Assembly: GCA_024626585.2 (NCBI GenBank)
Contig: JANKJI020000002.1
Location: 82,312,828 to 82,332,775, forward strand
Length of the DNA: 19,948 nucleotides
Source of the DNA: Ginkgo biloba
Taxonomy: Eukaryota > Plantae > Ginkgophyta
Reading direction: 5' to 3'
Part shown: positions 1-9,639 of the stretch, one piece after another
Layout of the letters: each line of letters begins with the position of its first letter
Position numbering within the stretch: the stretch's first letter is position 1
Notes under the pieces: model-generated
What the model saw: the letters and a program-made list of their open reading frames with translations, nothing else
What the model was told of the DNA's origin: nothing
Database searches by the model: none
Made by a program: the position numbers and the translations under genes

Positions 1-471
1 ATCGAGGCACCGATCTTGACTTTACCTGATGTGGTAAATCTTTTCACCATCTTCACCAATGCCAACGAAGTTGCTATTAGAATAATTCTTAGACAAGATG
101 GTAAGGTTGTGGCATATGGGAGTAGAAAAATGAATGAAACTAAACAAAGGTACCCTATGTATGATTAGGGACTTCAAGCAATTATTCATTCTATTAAGAC
201 TTAGAAGCATTATTCAAAGAATAATAAGTTTGAAGTTGTAATAGACCATAAGGCTTTATTGTCCTTTCTTCCNNNNNNNNNNNAGTTGGAGTATAAGTAG
301 TATAGGTGGGCTATGGTATTTGAGGAATTCAAGCCTAATATGACCTATAAAGAAAAAAAAGAGAATGTAGTTGTCAATGCACTATTAAGATTGCCACAAG
401 TTAATAACATTTCAGTTATGTAAGGTTCTTTCATGAAGAAAATTCAAGATGCACAAGATCAAGACAAATGG
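1..471 (+). mobile_element. Decayed Ty3/gypsy pol fragment (RT connection/RNase H into the pre-integrase linker), pseudogenised
   Basis: Manual frame-1 translation gives IEAPILTLPD..FTIFTNANEVAIRIILRQDGKVVAYGSRKMNETKQRYPMYD*GLQAIIHSIKT*KHY..FEVVIDHKAL, and after the small gap Y.RWAMVFEEF....YKEKKENVVVNALLR. This matches the gypsy RNase H pattern (APVLALPD, TDAS, VAYxSRKL, RYxxYDKEL, WRHYL, TDHK, KGKENVVADALSR). It has several in-frame stops. Confidence 0.92.
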
Positions 472-483
472 TGTTACAACCCC

Positions 484-567
484 AGTCAACCTTGGTCAAA
501 GCTTAGTCAAAGGGTTAGTCAAAGATTGGTCAAATCTTGGTCAAAGGCATGGTCAAAGATGGTCAAA
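484..567 (-). repeat. Tandem array of 8 RGTCAA units (reverse-strand W-box TTGACY), ~11-bp period
   Basis: GTCAA starts at 485, 495, 506, 518, 529, 540, 552 and 562, each preceded by A or G. Confidence 0.85.
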
Positions 568-779
568 TCCTTATCTAAACCCTAGCGCCCAGTTCTAAGG
601 GCTAGTTAACTTTATGTAAAGAAATCAAACGGTCACAAGCCTACACCGTCAGTCGACCTGAAGTATAGTCATGCCCCTTCGTGCCCTGTAAAAGGAGGTA
701 TGACTAAGCCATTAGGGAATCAACTTTTCGGATTATTTTATGTGCTTATCCTCTGTTGAAATATGGTTAATTGCACTAT

Positions 780-1206
780 TGATTGTACACCTGATGTCCT
801 TGATTGTATAACCTTTAGTGTGGTTATCCTTGACTATACCTTTTATATTTAATGATGTCCTTGTCTGTACACCTATCTTTTGTCATTATTGTAGGTTGAA
901 TCTATGCATTTATTATTATTTTCCTTGTAGATGTTATTATTGTAGTTGTAGGTTGTATTATTACATTATTGTAGTTGTCCTTATTGTACTTACAAGATTA
1001 ATATGTGCATTTATTGCTACTATCCTTGGAAAAGTTATTACTTTTTTATATAGGTTGTACTATTGCATTTATTACAACTATCGTTACTATACTTATAGGT
1101 CAAATCTGTGTATTTATTATTATTATCCTTGTAGATATTATTATTGTACTTATAGATCGTACTACTAAATTTATTACAAATATCCTTATTATACTTGTAG
1201 GTTGAA
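780..1206. repeat. Degenerate TTA/TATCCTTG-rich low-complexity repeat with a ~200-bp internal duplication
   Basis: ~895-955 (aatctatgcatttattattattttccttgtagatgttattattgtagttgtagg) resembles ~1098-1158 (aatctgtgtatttattattattatccttgtagatattattattgtacttataga). (t/g)tccttg recurs throughout. Confidence 0.7.
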
Positions 1207-1306
1207 NNNNNNNNNNNNNNNNNNNNNNNNNNNNNNNNNNNNNNNNNNNNNNNNNNNNNNNNNNNNNNNNNNNNNNNNNNNNNNNNNNNNNNNNNNNNNN
1301 NNNNNN

Positions 1307-2620
1307 CCCTGACTTATTAAGGAAGGTGAAAGCAACCTAGGAAGCATACACATACCAAGGAGTGACATTAGCAATCGGGACCAGGGAGACATAGGTCAAA
1401 AAAGAGACACAACGACTAAGAGGTCCCATGGCTCTTAGTAGCCTTTAGTCATCCTAGTGTGATGAGGGAAGTTCAAATGCTCCAAGATGGTGGTGCATGT
1501 GTTATCACTAATAAACAACACGTGCACCAAGGAGGGGCAAGTTGCTCCTGGTAGCTTTCTCGCAGTCCTTACCTAATGAGGGAGGAAGATTCAAAGGGCC
1601 CAAGAGGGTGTGCGATAGTCAACGGGACCACAGTGTCACTAAAGAGGATTTTAAAGTATGTGCGTTAAAGAGGCGGGAAAGGAGCAATTCCCAGTAAGCT
1701 TGCATGGTCCCTGTGCTACTAGGAGGGCTCAAAGGACCCAAAAAGGCAAGACATGAAGGTTANNNNNNNNNNGCGGACCCAAAAGCATCATGTAAAAAAA
1801 AAAAAAAAAAAAGGAGTAAGTCATTCTTAGTCCTTGGTGAAAAGTCAATCCTTATGCATCAAGGGAGGATAATGTATCCAACAGATTACACCTTCCCTAT
1901 GGGACCCACAATGTGCCTTAAACATATTTGAATCATGTTCTTTAGGGTGAGGCGAGAGATGCTCCGGGTAGACTTGCATATTCCTTGTGCTACTAGGAGG
2001 GCTCAAAGGATCAAGGAGACACAATAGATGTCCAAGAGAGGGCGCAGTCCTTGAGGGACCCATAACGTCACTAAGATTAACTAAACACAAGCGTGCCAAG
2101 GAGGGACCAAGACTCTCTTGGTCCTAGTATCCTTCCAAGGTCCTAGTGCAATCAAGGAGACTCAAAGGACCCAAGAGAGTTTGCATCCCTTAAGGGGCCC
2201 ACAACTTTGTTGAGATATATTTGAAGCACCTATTCCAAGGAGAGATAAATGACCAGGATGGTTGCTCTTGGTAACATTTCATGTTCCTTGTGTATTAAGG
2301 GAGAAAGAGATATCCAAGAGGGTGTGTAAAAAATTAGAGGGGCCCACTCTTGGCTAATGTATGTTTGAAGTGTGCGCATCGGGGAGAGAGAAAGAAATAA
2401 CCGCTCCTAGTGGCTTTACACGTTCCTTGTACTATCAGGAAGAGGCAATAATCTGGGAGAGTTCACAGCCCTTGAAGGGGCCCCCAACGTCACCAATAGG
2501 GAAGCGTAATGCGTACGCCAAAGAAGGAGAAGGGAGACCCCCTAGGTGGACTAGCTTCCTAGATGGACCAAGGAGCGATACATTATATTCAGAACCCAAG
2601 AGGGGACAAAAGTGAAGGCA
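1307..2620. repeat. Degenerate tandem array, ~140-bp unit, about 10 copies (likely retrotransposon 3' non-coding region)
   Basis: A core TCC(T/C)(T/A)GTG...AGG(G)AG..(CTCAAAGGAC)CCAAGAG...GGG(A/G)CCC..(GTCAC) recurs at about 1307, 1450, 1566, 1708, 1849, 1982, 2141, 2285, 2424 and 2557. Copies at 1708 and 1982 share TGTGCTACTAGGAGGGCTCAAAGGA. Confidence 0.75.
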
Positions 2621-2811
2621 CCATCTAATAAATGTCAACCATGGAAAGCATGTGTCATAGATGGGCAGGTGGTCGCCCTCCTTGAGAACCCTCTATGCCT
2701 TGAGTCGTCAATGAAGCCAAGCAAAGGCCAGGATGAGGGGCGATAGTAATGTATTCCTAACAACTTACGGCGAACATCAATGGCAGATCTTGGCGGATGT
2801 TTAAAGTGATT

Positions 2812-3097
2812 GGGGGGCTTCTCATCAGGGTATGGGCATGGAGATCATGAGCCAACCCAACTTTGACACTTGATAAAAATTCATTGTCACCGCCTTTGAT
2901 GAGGGAGAATCATTTAATGCTTTTAATTTTCTTTCCCCTACTCCATAAATCCCATGCCTATCAGTTATCAGAAAGGGCCAGAGGTGGTTGCAAATAGTTA
3001 CTCCACTATCTCTCATCAAAAGACTATAAATTGGATGAAAGTCATTTTGTAAAGGTTCAAAAAAAATTAGGAACTTCTTGCTATCAAGGAAATTTCT
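2812..3097 (+). mobile_element. Putative polypurine tract plus start of a 3' LTR
   Basis: GGGGGGC at 2812-2818 follows the tandem array. An LTR-like promoter signature CTATAAAT (3024-3031)...TCATTTTGTAA follows. The canonical TG start is not clean and the region ends in a gap. Confidence 0.4.
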
Positions 3098-3197
3098 NNN
3101 NNNNNNNNNNNNNNNNNNNNNNNNNNNNNNNNNNNNNNNNNNNNNNNNNNNNNNNNNNNNNNNNNNNNNNNNNNNNNNNNNNNNNNNNNNNNNNNNN

Positions 3198-3428
3198 AAG
3201 CCCAAAAGCAATGGCCAGCTTCTCACTGTGGTGGCAGAGAACCAGTTCTTTTTGCTGTTCCTCCAAATCATGCAGTACAAAGTTTGTGTCTGGCATATAG
3301 CCCGCTTCCTTCATCTGCCCAGACAATCTCTCCAACATTGCATAGATTTCATCATTTTGTGGATGTGATCTGTCTCCAGTGAAAAATGTATGCCTTTTGT
3401 TCTTAAACTCAATCCAGCTACACCCGGG
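3198..3428 (-). other. DYW cytidine-deaminase domain, N-terminal half (PG box, gating region, HSE zinc/catalytic motif)
   Basis: PGCSWIE starts at 3428, followed by HTFFTGDRSHPQ and GYMPDTNFVLHD. H-S-E codons are at 3230-3222. CxxC and the terminal DYW are not visible because of the gap. Confidence 0.9.
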
Positions 3429-5819
3429 CTCCTTTTTCACCCCCCTATCTTTCATTGATTTCCTCACCTTCGCTACATCACCCCACATACCTGCAGCAGC
3501 ATACATGTTTGACAGCAGCACATAAGTTGCCACTATTTGTTGCTTCAACTCCAAAATATGTTCTGCGGCACGTTTTCCTAGCTCTATGTTGCCATGGATT
3601 CTGCACGCACTAAGCAAGGCTCCCCAAACTGCAGCATCAGGTTCAACCTTCATTTTGCCAATAAAGACCTCTGCATCATTGAGGTGCCCAGCACGACCAA
3701 GAAGGTCAACCATGCAGACATAATGCTCCACTCTAGGAGTGATGCCATGTTTTTTACTCATGGAATCAAAGTACTGACGACCTTCATCCACTAAACCTGC
3801 ATGGCTGCATGCGGAAAGCACACCTAGAAATGTGATTTCATTTGGTTTTGTACCTTCCTGTAGCATTCTTTCAAAGAGTTGGAGGGATTCATGACTAAAT
3901 CCATGCAGAGCACACCCTGCAATCATTGCAGTCCATACCACTACATTTCGACTAGACATTCTGTCAAATACCTTACTTGCATCCTCTATAATCCCACATT
4001 TGGCATACATGTCAACAAGGGCGCTCTCCACTATAACATTCAAGTGGCATGCAGTTCTAATAATGTGGGAATGGATCTGCTTGCCCTGCTGCAGAGTGGC
4101 TAGACTGGAACATGCACTGAGAGCACTGGTAAAAGTATAGTGGTTAGCCTTAATGCCTTCTTGTTGCATTTGTTCTAAACAATTCAAGGCATCATTACCA
4201 CGTCCAATGTGGGCATACCCTGCAATCATTGCAGACCATGAGACTACATCTTTTTCAGGCATTTGGTGAAAGATCTTCAAGGCCTCATCAAGATATCCAT
4301 TTTGAGCATACCCACCAATCATTGCATTCCAGGATATCACCTCCCGAGTGTGCATATTGTCAAATACTTGGCGTGCATCCTGTATACTCTCACATTTGGC
4401 ATACATATCTACAAGTGCACTCTCCACCACCACATTTGACTCAAACCCAGCTCTAATAATGTGGGCGTGGATCTGCTTGCCCTGTTCCAGAACTGCTAGA
4501 CTGGCAGATGCACCTAGAACACTGGCTAATGTAAAATGGTTAGCCTCTATAAATTCCTGTTGCATTTGCTGAAAAAATTTTAAGGCCTCCTTACCTTCGC
4601 CATTTTGAGTATATCCTGAAATCATAGCAGTCCATGAAACCACATCTGGTCTAGGGATTTGGCGAAAAATATTCAAAGCCTTTTCAAGATACCCATTCTG
4701 AGCATGCCCTGCAATCATTTCATTCCAAGAAACAGTGTCTCGTTTAGACATTTTCTCAAACACCTTGCTTGCGTAATTTGTAATGCCACATTTGCAATAC
4801 ATATCAACAAGAGCATTGCTCACAACAAAGTCCAATTCCAATCCAGTTCTAATAATCTGGGAATGAATTTGTTTTCCATGTTCAAAATCTATTAAGCTTC
4901 CACATGCTCTGAGAGCACTGGCAACAGTGAATTGATCAGGTTTCATACCTGCAATTTGCATTTGATAGAAAAAATTCAAAGCCTCTTCAACATTCCCATT
5001 CTGGACAAATCCTGCAATCATTGCATTCCATGACACCGCATTTCGTTCAGGCATTTTGTCAAACACTTGGCATGCATCCTCTAGACTCCCACATTTGGCG
5101 TACATATCAAGAAGGGCACTTCCCACTATGACATTAGACTCACATCCAGTTCTGATAATACAGGCATGGAGGTGTTTTCCCAGTTCCAGAGCTGAGAGGC
5201 CGGCACATGCCTTGACAACACTGGCGAATGTGAAATGGTTTGGGTTGACTCCTTCATGTTGCATTCTATTAAAAAGTTCCAATGCCTCATTACCCTCTCC
5301 AGTCTGAGCATATCCTGCAATCATGGCACTCCATGAAACTACATTTCTTTCAGTCATTTTGTCAAATACATGGCGTGCATCAGAAACTATCCCACATTTA
5401 ACATACATGTTCAAGAGATGTGTACCCAGAAAGTTNNNNNNNNNNNNNNNNNNNNNNNNNNNNTGTACATGTTTTCCTTCTCTTGGAATCGCCGTTTGCG
5501 CACACCTCTGCAAGAGGGAAGCATATTTATTGCTATCACTTTGGTTTAGAAGATACACACTACGGAGCGTCTCCAATTGTCTCTCGTACCTCGCTTTCAT
5601 CGTGTCTTGGTTGCTGGGGTTTTGTTGTCCGTCATGTTGCTGCTCTATTATGGCACTGTCAATAGTGAGATGGGTAAGATCAATACAACTGGTACCGCTA
5701 ACGTGATGCCTTCTGACTAAAGACTGTATGTGTTTGTTTGTATTGGCTACTAATGACATCGAAAATGTTAATGCCTTGGTAGTCAGAGGAGTCTTGATGG
5801 TGGAGAGATTGAGCTTCAT
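3198..5819 (-). CDS. PLS-class pentatricopeptide repeat protein with E1-E2-DYW (PG-type) domains, putative organellar C-to-U RNA editing factor; 3'-partial
   Basis: First ATG is at 5819 (in-frame TGA upstream at 5862-5864; the ORF-track start at 5855 is TTG). About 874 codons are visible. There are 19 motifs: L-S-P-L-S-P-L-S-SS-P-L-S-SS-P-L-S-P2-L2-S2, then E1 (AAVWGALLSACRIHG), E2 (ATYVLLSNMYAAAG), the PG box PGCSWIE and HHSEKLAIAFGL. No stops or introns are seen. A 28-N gap at 5436-5463 lies in the first L motif, and the C-terminus lies in the gap at 3098-3197. Confidence 0.96.
5682..5819 (-). other. Putative organellar targeting peptide of the PPR protein
   Basis: The first 46 aa (MKLNLSTIKTPLTTKALTFSMSLVANTNKHIQSLVRRHHVSGTSCI) lack D/E and are rich in S/T/L/K/R. 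A second Met is at 5759. Confidence 0.6.
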
Positions 5820-7016
5820 TGCAATAACGCCGATGCCCGCAAAGCCATCGTGCAAATGTAATCAACTCTAGCNNNNNNNNNNNNNNNNNNNNNNNNNNNN
5901 NNNNNNNNNNNNNNNNNNNNNNNNNNNNNNNNNNNNNNNNNNNNNNNNNNNNNNNNNNNNNNNNNNNNNNNNTATAAAGCCTAAAAAATAACACTCTTGA
6001 AAAAAAAAAAATCAATTTTATTTTGACCCAATTAGAGTAGAGTCAATTAATTACCTTTCTCATAACCCTGTAAAGTTTATCAATTTTTCAAGCTAAGAAC
6101 TAGTGGTTTCTTTCCACCAACCCTACCTAATTCAATCATAATGTTAAGTAATGTGTTCATTTAGGAAGAGCAAGCTCCAAATACTTCTAATGCATTAATC
6201 ATGTCCATCTTCTTCTACACCCGACTATCTATGTGTGGCATTTTTTTCTTGAAAAAATACATAATAATTAGCTTTGATTTATTTACTTTATGGTAGTTAT
6301 CAAAATAAATTCATATAATTCGTTATTGTTCAATGTTATCTATGTTATTGCACTGTCAATTGCTCATTTATGCATTAAAATTAAGGAAAACTATGACAAT
6401 TATCTCCTCTTAGATTTTCAACAATTGCATGAAGTCAACATACATCAATTTGTAGTGCTTGGTTGATGTAAAAGAACTGTATATTAATTGTGTATGGCAT
6501 CACTCTACTAGACCATAATTTTAAAGACATTCTAAGATTTTAAACCATAAACATAATGAAACCCATCTAAGATACTATACATAAATAGGTATTTTGATAA
6601 TAGAACTTTGGTAGTGTTATACTATATACCTAAAAAAACTAGAAGTGTATGTTAGTTTACCCCCTATGTTATAAAATTCATTGGACAAAAGTTTTTATTC
6701 CATATCTAGAATACTTCTATTACATATTGGGTTAATGCTTTTATATATTGCTTCCCATCATCCTTTTATCATGTATATTTCTATATGTATACAAATATCA
6801 ATCCTATACCACCTAATGGTAGAGAATATCTTCAGTACCTTTCTTCCAAAAAGGTAAATAATCATTTGATGGCTCTCTCATCCCTTTTACAGGTGGAACC
6901 ATCCAATATCTCTATATGTAGTCATGCCCTCTAATAAATTATAATCACAAAGAGGCCAATTCTATCCTCACCTTCATTCATCACATCTAGTAAGCCATCT
7001 ATTGGACGAGTGAATT

Positions 7017-7165
7017 GACGAACGCTAGAGTTACTTTAGGATGACACTAACATGATTCATTCCACTGACAAACGTCAGAGTTAACTTAGGACGACAATGA
7101 CATGAGTCATTCCACCGACAAATGTCAAAGTAGGCTTCACCGACACTGTCATGAGTTATCCTAGC
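7017..7165. repeat. Tandem repeat, 3 copies of a 50-bp unit
   Basis: Units start at 7017, 7067 and 7117, consensus about GACAAACGTCAGAGTTAACTTAGGACGACACTGACATGAGTCATTCCAC. The third copy is diverged. Confidence 0.85.
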
Positions 7166-7285
7166 CCAACATCAACAAAGGTCCANNNNNNNNNNNNNNN
7201 NNNNNNNNNNNNNNNNNNNNNNNNNNNNNNNNNNNNNNNNNNNNNNNNNNNNNNNNNNNNNNNNNNNNNNNNNNNNNNNNNNNNN

Positions 7286-8379
7286 TCCTCTCGGGGCTCC
7301 CTCCTTCGATCAACACCCAATATTGTGATGGAGAAGGGACACTCCGTAGGACCATGGAGATCTTTCATTGTGTTGCTACAACACCGAACAATATCTGAAG
7401 TATGAGAATTTTGGCAACAAACCAGAAGGATTTCAAGTGGCAAGGCCTAGAAGATGAGGTCGCTATTAGGAAACAACCCAAATGCAAGGAAAAGCAAGGG
7501 TAAGGGATGGAAAATATATGGGAAGTTGCAATGACAGAGTTATAGATCAGTTTGCAAGGGGAAAATATGACAACATGACATTACAATTCAAATTGCCTCC
7601 TATTAAGCCACTTTGAGGCTCAATTTATAGATGTAGTTGATGAATTTGCCCAATTAGGCATCTACACCCTGAATTCCCATGCACCCATGCCTTGTGACAT
7701 GAAGGCAACCTAATCCATCTAGAAAAACAGATGAGCCATATGTAATTCCCCAAATATTTATTTTTTTTTAATCAAAAACAATCAATGTCACTTAAGAGCG
7801 TGCAGTTGCAGAGAATGTCGCTTAATGGCGCGCCCAAGCGGCATGCCGCCAAAGGACGTGCCTAAAAGCGACGTCAGGTGCACATGAGCAACGTGGGTCT
7901 CACTGTCTAGAAAAGTCAAAAAGAAACAAAACAAAGGCATCAAAAGGGACAAGAGAAGGTAATTGCTAACATTGAAAGGATTTAGGTCGATTTTGAGAAA
8001 GTGACAACCAATTCTAAGTATCCAAAAGGAGTCGAGGGAAGAACAGGAGCGAAACGGACCTGCAATGATCAATAGACGACNNNNNNNNNNTAACAAAAAA
8101 AAATAATACATATGTGACGCGACAAGGCACGATTATTGCTTCAATGACCTAATCTACCCAAAATGTTGATCGAGCGCTAGAGGTGACTTCTCGTTACAAT
8201 AATATAACTTTCATACCCCAAGATCCCAATTTTGTGATACAATAGTTTCCACTACACTCATAGAATTCTATAGGTTCCCTTCTTACAACTTTCTTTTGTT
8301 GCTTCAAGTTTTGCAAGATTTTAGACTTCGTAGCTTTTAAAATCCAAATACCCCCCGGGCTCTGATACCAAATGTAACA
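7286..8379 (-). mobile_element. LTR retrotransposon 5' region: LTR end, tRNA-iMet PBS, 5' UTR and possible decayed gag
   Basis: The minus strand reads ...TGTTACA-TT-TGGTATCAGAGCC (LTR end 8379-8373, PBS 8370-8358). A GC-richer leader follows. A weak zinc-knuckle-like CCSNTMKDLHGPTECP occurs near 7335-7385. The LTR extends rightwards of 8379 to an unknown end. Confidence 0.65.
8358..8370 (-). other. Primer-binding site complementary to the 3' end of initiator tRNA-Met
   Basis: TGGTATCAGAGCC on the minus strand, 2 nt after an LTR-type ...TTACA terminus. Confidence 0.88.
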
Positions 8380-9639
8380 GTCAAGTCTATCCTCCAAAAG
8401 CTAGAGAATGGTGAACTATGATGTAATGTCTTGTACTATGTATGTAATATGTGCATATGCATCTCCATGATAATTTAAGGATCAGATGGTTTCTCTCATA
8501 TTTTTGTAGGGTGCTCTATCTGATATGACTGAATAGTTTATGTATCACTTGGAAGAGTAGGAGATAGCATTGTACCACTGTTAGGGTATAATATGCTTAA
8601 CACCATAACATTACACTACATATATTTTATAAATACTAGTTAGTTACTCCAATCTATCTTACATTTTCCTTATGGATTTGAAAATAGAAGTATATTAATT
8701 TTTTCAACATTTACCTAAATAAAGGTGTAAGTCAAGGAAAAATTAATTCTTGCATCCATACAATGAGGCCATTGAATGTAAATCCTATTCTTAATATAAG
8801 AGGATTCTATGCAGCTAATTCCAATTTAAATTCTAAAATGAAATTGAGTAATAATTAGTGAGATGAGCCATGTTAACTATTAAAAATTTTAATTCTAGTT
8901 TAGCATTACTATTATTCAGCACTTCATAACATTCAAATAGACCATTTTTATGTTGTATATGGATTTTTTTTCCATCTTCTCAATATGATATGGAAAAATT
9001 AAAGAACAAATAACTCTCAATAGTAAACCAAGAAGGGAACTAGTGAGGTTGTCAACTTTATCCTTGAGTTTGATCAACAACAAAGATGTAACTAGTAGGT
9101 TAAAATAAGATTGCAATCATTACTCAGACAANNNNNNNNNNNNNNNNNNNNNNNNNNNNNNNNNNNNNNNNNNNNNNNNNNNNNNNNNNNNNNNNNNNNN
9201 NNNNNNNNNNNNNNNNNNNNNNNNNNNNNNNTGATAATAACCCAAAATACAACATAAAAAGGGGCTCCTAGCCCAAATAAAGAGTACTTCCTGGACATAA
9301 GATAAACACGCCCACATGGATGTCACATGGAAGAATTGGTCGCTTGCAATAACACCCCTGGCACCACATCAACCGCCACATATGCCAATGAACACCAATG
9401 GGGTTTTTACCCACAACATCATCAATTCCCTTCTATCAATACTACATGCACCAATTCATCATCTAGTTGATATGCTCTTAACAAAAACTAATGATCTATA
9501 AATACATTATTGTCCTCAATAAGACTTTCAATAGTCTTCCATTCATTTTTCTTATTGACATAGAAATAAGTTATCAGTAAAAAAAAATTATCTCTAAAAG
9601 TCTCCATTAACTTATAGTATTCCCTTTATTGATCAAAGG

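Larger units (their letters stand above)
472..1206 (+). mobile_element. Putative LTR (5' part) of a second LTR retrotransposon inserted into the gypsy pol remnant
   Basis: Pol-like coding stops abruptly at TGTTACAACCCC (472), a typical plant LTR 5' terminus. It is followed by short tandem repeats, AAACCCTAG and low-complexity sequence. The right end is lost in the gap at 1207-1306. Confidence 0.6.

Noticed and set aside
818-1205. Cys/Tyr/Ile-rich ORFs resembling small membrane or Cys-rich peptides
   Set aside because: They are products of TTA/TGT low-complexity repeats.
1794-1812. A19 run as a retrocopy poly(A) tail
   Set aside because: It lies within a tandem-repeat unit with no TSD or upstream SINE/mRNA-like body, so slippage is more likely.
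3084-3097. ORF-track C-terminus 'KFP*' of the PPR protein
   Set aside because: It is an artefact of reading through a 100-N gap of unknown size and is not DYW-like.
3198-3428. Possible U-to-C (DYW:KP) editor
   Set aside because: The canonical PGCSWIE box and HSEKLA indicate the ordinary PG-type C-to-U class.
3594-5706. Several plus-strand and alternate-frame ORFs overlapping the PPR gene
   Set aside because: These are shadow ORFs of a repetitive coding region with no recognisable domains.
5820-5855. ORF-track start 'MHDGFAG...'
   Set aside because: It begins at TTG. The first ATG is at 5819.
6100-6960. Possible second LINE remnant on the minus strand (PLGGIGLI, EEDGHD*CIRSIW)
   Set aside because: The motifs are too short and decayed to call without a profile search.
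7017-7165. CRISPR-like appearance of the 50-bp and 140-bp repeats
   Set aside because: The units are contiguous and degenerate with no unique spacers, there are no cas genes, and the context is a plant nuclear genome.
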